Of a stretch of 64,000 nt of DNA, positions 36,574-47,628 are shown piece after piece (position 1 is the first letter of the stretch; each line of letters begins with the position of its first letter). The notes beneath the pieces are model-generated. The model made no database searches. It was given only the letters and a program-made list of their open reading frames with translations, and was not told the DNA's origin. The translations under genes were made by a program, and so were the position numbers. The stretch is from Takakia lepidozioides (taxonomy: Eukaryota; Plantae; Bryophyta), in the NCBI GenBank assembly GCA_030704615.1, contig CM060732.1, positions 16,864,001 through 16,928,000 of the forward strand, read 5' to 3'.

Positions 36574-38622
36574 ATATGACAATATGGTGAGCCTATGAAC
36601 TTGGACATGTGCGTACACATGCGATGAAATATCCACTATGCAGCTAAGACCCTATAACCATGGATTCAACCATATGATAAATGTATATAATTATGGAAAC
36701 AAGTTTCTTTCGTTTCCACAAATGTTCTCATGATATGCCATAACACATAACAAATGACGTTTAATGAAAAACCATGTAAAATTGGGTCCTCAAGAGTCAA
36801 CAATGTGTCTCACTAAAATATGATGGAATCATTAAAAATTGAAGAATGACCAAATATGGTGTATGCAACAATGTCCACGTAAGTATTTGTGTCGCTAGTT
36901 TAATTAAGTTTTGTTGTCATTGCTATCGGCTTCTGATATCTCTTGTTGTAAAAAAGGACATACGTATACACAAATCAAATATCATACAAATAAGAAATAA
37001 TAATGTCATTATAATCGAAAAATTTGTGCAAGTAAACTTACCAAATATATGCACTCAAGAAAGACATCTTGACTATGTGAGTATAAGAGAAAATCATGCA
37101 CATTTGCCTCGCATTTGCTCCAAATGCAACACATTCTAAAAGCTAGACAAATGCATCTGACATTATTTTTTTGCATCGTGCATAATGTAGTACTGAATTT
37201 GTAGTAATATAGGAAGAACACTCCACGGTTCTATGAAAGAAACAAAAATGAGGAAGACTCTTATCTAATCAAACGTAACTTATGGTGTCAATTTATTCCA
37301 AAGAGCTACTATCTTCCACTTAGAAAATGGAAAATGAAAGAACAATCAAGTGGATCTAAAATTGACATTTCACACCAAAAAGAACGAAATAAAGAAAAGA
37401 TGTGCTAAGTTTTACTTGCTTATATTATGCATTGCTTGAAAAAAAAATGAGGTAGTCCTCATTCAAGTCGATGATCAAATAGTGCACTTGAATACACTAA
37501 CTCTTCATAGTAGGATGTAGTGTAGAGCAAAAAGAGGGCTCCTGCATATTCTTCTTGTTCACTCATGCATTGTGGTTAGTTGGATGGCACAAGTGACACC
37601 GCAACGGAAGAGAAGATATCACCTACGCCATCTAGCATTCTATCCTAGAAACTGCAAGTATGTCTAGTTCTAGTGAGTTTCCTCTTTTATCCTATGTGTA
37701 TCTCTCTACCCTACAAACTGAATTGAATGAGCATAAACAAGTGGCCAAGATCTATGCTACTTGCCATCATGATTCCAAGGGTTTTCCATCTGCATTGTAG
37801 ATTATAGAAATGAATCAAACACCTATAAGTTGCCGTGAGTATACTCCTGGTACGATTAACTATTTGTGCTCTAAGTGCCCATGATGCTTTCCCTCAAAAC
37901 AATAATTTGAAGATCTTGTGAGCAATCTGCTCTAGTTCTGGCATAATCTAATGTGAGCATGAGTCATTCTAAGTCCCTGTCTCAAATTCAAACCCCCAAT
38001 CCTTAAGCATCTGATCCGTCTATATGCCCCAAACATTGCATCTCAAGAGACAAGACCTTCACCATATGCACCAAAAGATCACCATTTACTGCCCACTCAG
38101 TCTGGACTGTATCAGCCCACCTCTCACACATTGCTCCAAGTCCAAGGTGCTGATCCATGCTTACTACTCGCTTATATTCTTCCGTGGTGCCCCCATCCAC
38201 AGCGGATGGTGCGCCGAGAGACCGCTAACTCGATGGCTAACCCATCGCTCTCGGCCTTTTATTTGGCAGATCGCGGGTAATTATCCCCCTTTTGCTCTAC
38301 CCTGCACCCTGATAATATTCGTGCTCCCCAAGTTTTTCTACAACTACTTCTTTTCATCCATCCGGATGAATAAGCACACCTTTCTATGCTAATTACCACC
38401 TTCGTTCATCTATCTGTCATCCAGCTATGCTTACTTATCCATCCAGCCAGTGATGACCAACTGTTGAGTCTGTTCATCTGCCCGTCATCCTAAAAATCCC
38501 CAACTGGATGTCGTGCGCCACCTTAGCATCCATCCAGTCATCTTTTTCATCCCTGCTTTCTTCTTGAGCCTCGACACTTAGCCAAAAACTCGCTCCTCCA
38601 AATCGCGGGATTCAACATTGCC

Positions 38623-41121
38623 CTACAACTGTAGAGCTCTCCCTTCTTTAACTACTTCCGTCCGCGGAGGTCTCCTTTTCATGTGTGCCAGTGTTCCCCA
38701 ATGATCTTCTTCATGCTCAATGGACTTGTCTTCTTCATGCAGCTCTCTCCAGCTATTTGCCTCACGGTTGGTATAACCGCTACTGGTGTCATCTTTTGGG
38801 CCTTCATCCTCATTCTTAGTGAAATACTCATTTTCTGCTCCTTCAGGCTCAAGGCATTCAGGTGGTTTCTTCTTCATTACTGCCTTCTTTTGCTGCATTG
38901 CCATGTGCTTCCCTTGTGTGGATTCAATTTGCTCATGCCCAATATTTGGAAGAATTCCATGTGTTGGACAACCTCCATTCTGAGCTGTATTTTCCATCTG
39001 CAGGAGTGCCTTCCATAGGCTGTTTTTTTTGTAGGACTCTTCACATTGTGTTCTCTTCTTTTGGCATCCGTTTCCAGCCTGGCCAGTGGCATCTGTGCCT
39101 TCTTTCGTCTCCGGCCCGTCATGCTCATCTTCAGGTAAGTCCACTTCCTTACCCTTGTTACCTCTCTTGCCTTCTTTCTTTTCAGGCAGATTTTGCCCGT
39201 CATTCTCCGTCAAGCTTTGCTCCTGTGGTTCAGCTTCTAATCTTACTCTCATTTGCATCTTTCCAGCAAAAGGCAACACTTCATTTGCTTGATTCCTTCC
39301 ATCAGCTGGTTGTGGCCTTCTTGGCAAGGTTTTCCTCAACCGTACTCGTTTCACCACCACACAATCATCACTGTTCCTCTTCCAACCTTCATCTTCACGG
39401 TCAGTGAAGTGTTCCCTCTCTCCCTCTTCATGCTTCAGCCATTCAGGTGGTTTATCTGATCCCATCGCCGCCTACATTTGCTGTATGGTCGTGTGATTCC
39501 CTTGTGTGACTTTGATTTGTTCATGCCCAATCATTGGAAGAATTCCATGTGTTGGGATAACTCCACTCTGAGCTGCATATTCCCTCACGGCCCTTGGCTG
39601 GGGCTGGTCTGTTTTCTTCTGTGAATGGAAGAATTCCATGTGTTGGTTTACTCCCATTTTGACCTTCCTTCTTCAACTCCTGTCGTGCTCTCCAGCGGCT
39701 GATTTCTGACTGGTATGGGCTGTCCGCATCACTCACTGTTTCAGTTTGACCCCCATCCAATCCAACATCAGTTTCTCTGAATTGTGTAGGTCTCTTCAAG
39801 CTTTTCCTCATAAGGACCAGCTTGTCCTTGCTTCTCTCTCCAGTGCTTGGTATTTTTCTTCTCCTTTGTACCTTGTTTTGGCATGACCTTGCTGTAGACC
39901 TCTCATGCCACTTTCCCGCCTTGACTTGAATCGTGTCCTCCCTCGAGTTTTGATCAGGAAGTTGCCCTCCCTTTTTGCAGCTCTTGTTTGCACTATGCCA
40001 ATAGATGGCAAATTATCAGGCACAAGTGTGATCTCTTGATGCTCCGTCTTCCCTTCTTCCGGCAGCGTTTTCCATGCATAAATGGCTGCCCTATTTCTGA
40101 GTTGAACACCTTCCCTTTTCTGCCTGATTTTGATTAATCTGCCACCACTCATGAGAGACCCCTTTGTCATGCTTCTTCCTCTGTGTTCAGTCCTTGTTGT
40201 TGGTTTCCTCTTACACCCCCATGACTTGGGGTACTTCCCCTTGTCCTGTAGTAACTGAGATGTAATGTACCACAAATATAGGCAACACAAGACCACCATC
40301 AGTAAGGCTTGTTTCAGCCAACCCATCACAGCCTCACTTCTTCTCTGCCACGCAACAAGGTATTCATCATTCTGTATTGAGTTGGCGTCTCCCATTTTTT
40401 GTGTGCTGCATCCTCTCCATTCCACATCAATCTTCGTCCCATCCCTTATCTCCATTTGTTGCATGTGACCGTGTGCAGGTGTTGCTGTTGTGTCAGTTTT
40501 GTTTCCTGCATCACCTTGCCACTCCCTATGTTTGCTACCACTCGCAGCTCTAGCACTTAGGTTTTGTTTTCTCTTTTCTAGACAGGTGCTTTGGGGATAT
40601 GCAACCCAAAAGCCCCCACTCTTAGGACAGTAAACACATGGCTTCTCTTGATATGGTGTAGGTCTAATAAGTGGCAACCTCACTCTTTTACTCAGTTTCC
40701 TTTGACTTGCAGTATTTCTCTTGATGTCACTCTCAGTGCTCACTCCCTCAAGCTGTACCACTCGCAATTCTCTCTCTACCATCCTTGCGATTGGTGTCCT
40801 ACTGCTGGACTTGCTGGATGAGGTGTTCTTTCCTACTCATCTCAGGTCAGTAACCCTTTCTTCCTCACAACAGTCTTCTCCTTTTGCTGTATGGCTGTAA
40901 CACGACTCCCTAAGGTCTTCTCTCACAATGTTGACTCCAGGGTACAACTCGAACCTAACCTTTTGTTTTCTTTTGTCTTTCTGTGCATGCACATGTGGTG
41001 GAGCATTCTCCAAGTCTGAAAAAGGTAATTCACTAATTTTTGTTATCATCTCTTCCTCACTTTCTGTCCTCTCACTAGGTCGCTCGATATTGAAACAAAA
41101 ATCTTTGGTCAAACGTATCAA
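38623..41121 (-). mobile_element. Degenerate long, charged, purine-rich coding-like region, possibly a gag/accessory region of an LTR retrotransposon
   Basis: Consecutive minus-strand ORFs (324, 96, 61 and 280 aa) with a CxxC remnant, VQTRA and a repeated PTHGILP motif. No catalytic motif recognised. Confidence 0.35.
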
Positions 41122-41935
41122 TCATCACCGAGTTCTTCTTAGGGATAGTTCACAATCAAGCTGTTAATATCCCATTCAAAATGCCCCACTTAAGAGATGT
41201 GTTATAGCTAAAGTGTGGAATTTGTAATGGTTGACAGCTCACACATCAGTATCCTGAGTTGTTGCCTCTTTCAGCAGTTCAAGGGTACCAAAAGGCCTTG
41301 CCAACAGATTTTTTTGTGAGGAATTAAACACTTGGTGGTGCCGCACCGCCATGGCTTCAGGTGCATTTCGGTGCCGCAATACATGAGAATGTGGTTTTTG
41401 GCCATGAATGGCATGAGCATGTTTTTTATTTATTTTGGTTATGTCTATTAATGGATCCGAGGAAAGCATACATTGTGTGGAGATACACGGGCATTGTGGC
41501 CTATTTCAGCGCCGTTATTGGTCTATATACTGCAAAGTGCCTCCTTGTTACTGCTCTTCATTCATTTTGTGGTGATTTCATAGCCCATCCTGACGTTTTC
41601 GTCCACCTTTATGAGAAGACTCCGATTTGCTACCAATACATTGACAATGTTCTGCAAATGTGATGCCTTTACAAGATTGCAAGTTCTGTGTCCCAGTGGG
41701 AAGGGTCCTACTGCACATTCCAGCATTCGCATACTGCACCTTATGCACACAGCAATCCATACGACAAAGGACACGTCCCAGCATACTAGCAATGAATTGC
41801 AAAAAACCTTAATAGAAGATTATCCAAGCATGTATATTCCCCATATGGCACAGGGAAGCTACTTGATTTCTGAAGCAAAATGTATGTGCCATGAGTGTCC
41901 GCCAGTCGAAACATGTCTACTCTAGCATGCAAGAC

Positions 41936-42511
41936 CTATGGTTCCCTCGCCCAAGAAGAAGGAACTCGAACTGGCCTCTCAAAGACCTCTTGAGTGACCG
42001 GGTGCCGATATTTGAACAAAATGTTAGCGGTTTCTGTCGCTCGGTTGAAACTAACGAGGATGTCGTGTTTATCGATAACGCCCCCTTTGTAGAAGGACAT
42101 TTTCACAGTGGGCCCTGTGTTCCCCTCCTCCTCATCCTCATAACTGAAGAGAATGTCCCCACTTTCCGAACCAGTCCGTCCATGCGTGAAGGTTTCACCT
42201 ATGCACTCATCATATGTCCACTCGCAAGAATTCCAGCGATACAACAACGCTGTGCGTGATCTGTTCGGCTCCCAGTCAAGCAGAAAGTCCAGGTCCATGA
42301 TACGCAAGAACCACCTGCTCCCCAGCCGGGGTCTAGGAGAATCGTGCAATCCTGGAAGAAACTCCATTGCTCTCAACTGGACAAGTCGAGGATCGTCCCT
42401 GTAAACATCTAGGAAGACAATGATGTCGTCTGCTTTCGGAACAATGAGTCCCGTCTGGCGTCGATACATGTGATTCGGGCACGATATGGCCTCACGACAT
42501 AGCAAGAACAC
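41936..42511 (-). CDS. Orphan open frame (191 aa), probably an exon of a TE-borne gene of unknown function
   Basis: Protein-like composition. Lies inside a region bounded by Mutator-like subterminal repeats. No family recognised. Confidence 0.3.
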   Translation of the reverse strand: MFLLCREAISCPNHMYRRQTGLIVPKADDIIVFLDVYRDDPRLVQLRAMEFLPGLHDSPRPRLGSRWFLRIMDLDFLLDWEPNRSRTALLYRWNSCEWTYDECIGETFTHGRTGSESGDILFSYEDEEEGNTGPTVKMSFYKGGVIDKHDILVSFNRATETANILFKYRHPVTQEVFERPVRVPSSWAREP

Positions 42512-42713
42512 AGAGCAGGGAGAAGATGGGCACAGAAGAGAAGAGTGAAGAGCAAAATGAGAGCGAGGCCGGCGGAAGAGGGATATATCATTGCTGCACT
42601 GCCAATGTCGTATGCGGCAGAACTTGAATTTCCTCCCATATGTGTGCTTTTATTAGACAAATCCGCACCAGTTTCAGGACAGTTTGCATCTGGCACTTGT
42701 CGGCCCTATCCTC

Positions 42714-43115
42714 AATTTTGGCGCCGTTATTGGCAAAACTCCGTCGCCGTAAGCCGGGTATTTGCTCTCCGGAGCCCGATTTCGGCGCCGTTATTGGATG
42801 GACTGCGGAAGCTCTAGCCGGGAATTTGGTTTCCACAGCCCAATTTCGGCGCCGTTATTGGTTGCACTCCGGAGGCTTCAGCCGGGTATTTGGTTTTCGG
42901 ACCCCAATTTCGGCGCCGTTATTGGCTGCACTCCGGGGGCTTCAGCCGAGTATTTGGATTCCGGACCCCAATTTCGGTGCCGTTATTGGCTGCACTCCGG
43001 AGGCTTCAGCCGGGTATTTGGTTGGCAGAGCCCAATTCAGCACCGTTATTGGCTTCACTCCCGAGCCTTCAGCTGACTATTTCTTTTCTTGTGCCCAATT
43101 GCGGCGCCGTTATAC
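42714..43115. repeat. 64-bp tandem repeat, about 6.3 copies, each with the dyad AATTTCGGCGCCGTTATT
   Basis: Units start at about 42714, 42778, 42842, 42906, 42970, 43034 and 43097. Dispersed single copies at about 41503 and 43228. Confidence 0.92.
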
Positions 43116-43285
43116 CCAACCATCCTGCACTTCTGCAACAGTACTATCCACGGTTATAGGTCCCCATTGCGTTTTCGAAGTCTGCAAACCCGGATTCTAA
43201 TTCCGTTTGCGTCCCTTCCTCTGGGGGAATTTTGGTGCCGTTATTGGCCAGAATTCTGTTTTTCTATGACCTGGCTTGGCGGTCC

Positions 43286-43590
43286 ATGAGCTTGGGCTCC
43301 AAGTCATGAGCGGATACTGGTACTTATGAGCTGAGTGCTTCCAACATGAGCGCAGAAATCTTTGAAAACCTTCTCTTCTTATATTACTTTCGATTATTTT
43401 ATCGTTTTGGAAAAAACCTACTGAAATTCGTAGTGTGTTACTTGGCAGCTCATGGGTGAGCCATGCCCGTTCATGAGCTCATGGAATAGCAACCCCCGCA
43501 TGATCATGAGCGTAAAAAAAAAAAAACATGAGCGGACCATTGTGTGTCTACGGAAATAGGGGTAGGAGGCACGGAAATAGGGTCATATAA
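43286..43590. repeat. Mutator-like right terminus (...TAGCAACCCCC at 43497) and flanking ATGAGC / CGGAAATAGG subterminal motifs
   Basis: Same terminal geometry (AGC plus 7 nt) and same motifs as at 17442, 19375, 27861 and 60711. Confidence 0.5.
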
Positions 43591-43699
43591 AGTTGGAATG
43601 TGACACCACTGGACTCGTCATAGCAATGAAATGCAACATTTTATTGCAAATTTAGTTCTACTATGCCTCTCAAAAATACCATCCTCTCCTTGGGGGACT

Positions 43700-45830
43700 G
43701 TCCACCTCACCTCTTGGGAATCTTCTGCCTCTTCTCCCCCACTTTCCTCAGCAGAATCCAAGACAAATCTACGAGCCTCACGAGCTCTAATAGCTGTTGC
43801 CTCCTCCATGATCTTTATTTTCCTGAAGCTTGTCTCGTCTAAAATCTGTTGTAAACGACTAGGTTTGGAAGACCTCCTAATGGACACCGAAGCAAGCCGG
43901 GCAGCATAAGTAGGAAGGATGTAGTCTCTTTCAAGACTCGGCATGAAATCCCCCCCGGGAAAAAATGGCACGTTCCTCCTGCCAATGAACTGCGGCAAAG
44001 ACGTCCCTCCTGCAGTACTTAGCATCCTGCAGTAAGAACAAATCCACTTGAAGAATCTCAATACCAGTGAGCAACCGATTCTCAAATCCACCCAGCAGAA
44101 GTAGAAAGGTCTTTCAATGAAATAAGAGAGCGAAGGGAGGTGCCTCACGAAATCAGGAGGCAACTTACAATGCAACCACTCACTCATAAACCGGGGGCGC
44201 CTCGGCTTCCATCCCATCTTCTTCCTCCCCCTACACCTTCTCGGATTCTTCCTCATCCTCCGAGGATGCCTCTTCCTCTTTCGGCATACGTTCAGCCGCT
44301 GCAAGAGTGAAGTTGTGGAGGGCAGTATCTGCCTTGAAGGCGAAGACATGCTTGCTGGACGATGTCCTAGCCCAGATTGAAGCACCTGAGGGACAAAGCG
44401 GGAGCTGGTTAGTAGCATGCGATATGCAATTGTGATCGGGCCACGGGACATAATGTGGACATGAAGGCTTACCCGTGCCACATGTGAGGTCAAGAATCCG
44501 CCTTTGGACATCGGAGCATGTCTCCATGAGGGTTTGGATGAAAGCAGGGCTCCGGGTCCGGTTGTACCGCCACGGTTTTCCTGTCTTTGTGTCCTTCAGC
44601 ATACTGTCGTTGGGCACATAGTTGTAGAGGACATCATACGTAAGGGTCCACATTGGCATCAACAAGACGAGCGTTGCTATGGAATTTGAACGTAGACCCT
44701 CTCCTCACAAAACAATATGCATCAAACACCAATGTCTGCACATCAAAGAAAAAAGGGATCAACTCCAAGCTAAAGTTTAGATACACCATGATATGAAGTG
44801 AAGGCAATAGATTGATGACTTACACTCTTGCCCTCTATTCGCAACCCCTGCGTATTGATGCAGAACCATTTTTTGAGGAGGACCGGAGTGGCACTCTTCG
44901 GTGTCCACCTTGCTAGAGCATTCTCTGTCATCTTCCCTCTTATGGCAAGGTCCACCAATAGACATCCACCGTGATCAATGAGCATCCCCGCCAGCCCAAA
45001 CCCGGCTCTCCAGAAGTCCTTAGTAAACTTGTTCTAGCTGGGCACACCCTCCAGGCCCTCCAATAGCTCCCCATCTGGAATACCGAGGATAATCATATCG
45101 CAGGCTGTCTCCACCGCAAGCCCTCCCCGATGCTCGTACAATCCGTGCTGCAAGCTGTGAAGAAATCCCTCATGGCTTCAAAACCAGGGGTGTCTTTAGG
45201 CTTTGCAGTGGCAACCCTCTTTTTCGCTTTCCCCTTGAGCTCTTCCAAAGACTTCGTGTGTGCCATCTTCCTCGCCCTGGCAGCCAGAGCGTCAATGAAG
45301 CTCTCGTTGACACATTGGATGAGTGTTGGGGGTACTAACTTGGGCCTATCAGGACACATCACTGCCGATTATCGCCGTGTAGGCTCGCCCTCAAATGCCA
45401 ACTTCTTCGCAGAGCCAGCCCTACTCCGGTTTGACTTCGGAACCTGGACTACCGATGACTTGGTAGCAATAGCAGCAGAGGTAGGGCCTTGCACAAAGTC
45501 ATCGTCCAAGTCACTCCCCTCGGCCCCATCCTGTGCCTCCTATTGTGCCCCACTGGTTTTCTGTTTCTTTGGGGTTGCTGCATTCCCCTTTCCGTGTCTT
45601 TTTCTTCGCCCCTTTTGCCTTCTCAGTTAACTTCTCCTGGATACCTGCCTTAGCTAGCTCAGCCGCTTTGCGGGACTTGGCAAGTGCTTTCGCCTCCTTT
45701 GGACCCAAGGGAGGCAGCAGAGCTCGGTTTCGGTGGGCCTCAACATCCAGCTTCAATTGAAACTCCGATGTGTTGAGCGAGCATGGCGGAAGGTCCACAT
45801 ACCAAGGGCAGTCGCGCAAATGCTCCAATG
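43700..45830 (-). pseudogene. Beta-class DNA amino-methyltransferase, family copy 3 (most complete MTase domain)
   Basis: After one frameshift: TACSTDCTSIGE-LAVETACDMIILGIPDG (motifs III/IV), MLIDHGGCLLV (motif VI), PWRYNRTRSPAFIQTLMETCS (motif X), RILDLTCGT|GASIWARTSSSKHVFAFKAD (motifs I/II). GT-AG intron about 44472-44388, acidic tail, PTY exon. Confidence 0.78.
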
Positions 45831-45859
45831 CCCCCCCCCCCCCACCTTCTTTTTTCTTT

Positions 45860-46076
45860 ATTTTGCCCTCATCTCTTCCTCTCTTCCTCTGTCCCTGTCT
45901 CTCCCTCTGTCCTTGTCTCTCCCTCTTTTCCCTCATCTCTCCCTCTGTCTAATCAGGATGTGGAGAGAGAGGGAGAGAGAGGGAGTGCTGAGGGAAAAAA
46001 AACCAAAACAAAAAAGAAGGTGGGGGGGGCGGTTGACTGAGTGCTTAGTTTTTTTTTTTTTTTTTTTTTCCCTCAG

Positions 46077-46117
<41 letters not shown>

Positions 46118-46225
46118 CCTCTTTTCCCTCATCTCTCCCTCTCTTAAGCCGCGCCTCTCCTTGCTCTCTTGCTTTTCAAAATCGCCCTAAGACCATATCC
46201 TCCCAGCTCACCTCTCTCTCTCTTA
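45860..46225. repeat. CT/GA-rich microsatellite region with an inverted repeat
   Basis: (CT)n at about 46080-46112. GAGAGGGAGTGCTGAGGGAAAAAAAA (about 45976) is inverted against TTTTCCCTCAGCACTCTCTC (about 46065). Confidence 0.8.
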
Positions 46226-47628
46226 TGTGGTAGAAGCGCCGCGCAGAGGTGGGGAGCAAACGAAGAGGCAGAGCCGCGGTTTTCGCGGGGGGAGAGAGAG
46301 AGAGGAGCGGGGGTTTGCTGCGCCAACGTTGGCAGCAGTGGCTGAGGGCGGCGACAGCAGCAGCGCTTGGATTAAGGTAAGATCTCCTTCCTCCCTCCAG
46401 GCCCGTCCTCTCAAGAATGGAGGGACACAGTTGGCAAAACTGTTCCTATGATTCAAAACAGCCCTGATGAATTGGAGTATGATTCAAAGGCTTAGAACGC
46501 TCCCATTAGTTCTCATTAGATTGATGAAGCAATTGAGCATTTAAACAGATATAAAGCTGGTGGTCATGATGACATTGTCAACGAGCTTATGAAGCACAGG
46601 GTGGACAGGTGGTCTATGGCTCCGCCTCTGGTCATGTGAGATCAAGGGAAAGATGTGGAGAGTTGTCCATAATTTGTATGCTCACACCAAAAGTTGTGTC
46701 ACTGTTCATGGAAAGAGACCTGCGCGGCGCTGGAGGTCGCCGCTTGGGGCGACGCCTTGATTCTCTTCTCGACCTTGCAAGTAGAGCTCGGGCACTTCAC
46801 ATCAGGTTCGTTTCTCCTCCACCCTAAACCCTAGTCTCTCCACTCCTACTTGAGCAAAGTAGAATGCAAAAAAAAGGGGGAAAGAGGAGGTGCTTCAAGC
46901 ACTCAGCAAAAAAAATAGGGGGGGCGCGCCTGCGTCCGACGCCCGGCCGTCGCAAGAGGCGCCCCGCCCTTTTTTTGAAAATTGGGGCGTTTACTAGCGA
47001 TCCCCCTGCGTCGTCACGAGCCGGCAAAGGCAGCACTGACGGGTGTCAGTAGCCCCCCATCACGTCGTGACAAATTCTGTCGTCCCCCGTTCCGGATTCT
47101 GTTTTGGTCGGCGTGCATTTGCTGTGTGCGTGTATACAGCCGAGCAGCCGAGCAATTAGATACTTATTAGTAAGAAAGGTTCAACAACTCGCGCCGACTT
47201 CACGTTTGCGCAGACTCAGGGGATGTTTTTTTGCGAGTGTTTGTGCGTCTCCCTGTTGGCTACCGTCAATTATTCTCTAGTTCCCCCAACCCCATCCACT
47301 GTCTGCCTATTCACGATAAATATATTCTCTTTGTCCCCGCTCTCCTTTCCCCTCGCTCTGAACATCTCTATCTGTCGATGTAGGGCAAGTTGCATTTCGC
47401 TCTTCACCTTTTCTCCCTCCATCTCTGGCCAAGCTAGTGTTATCTGTCAAGTACTTCCATGTTGACATGCACAATCTCAAGCATACAGTTTTCTCCTTCC
47501 TCGGGATCCGATCTTCGAATTACCGAGTTTCTTGTCATATAGTCTGTAGTCATTCCAAAGTTTTCGGTAGAGGCGAGTGTCAGGCGTTCTATCCTTGGAG
47601 AAACCCTAAAGCCTCGATGTCGTGAGTC

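Noticed and set aside
42545-43200. Overlapping repetitive ORFs (FGAVIG / FRRRYW)
   Set aside because: Artefacts of the 64-bp tandem repeat, whose period is not a multiple of 3.
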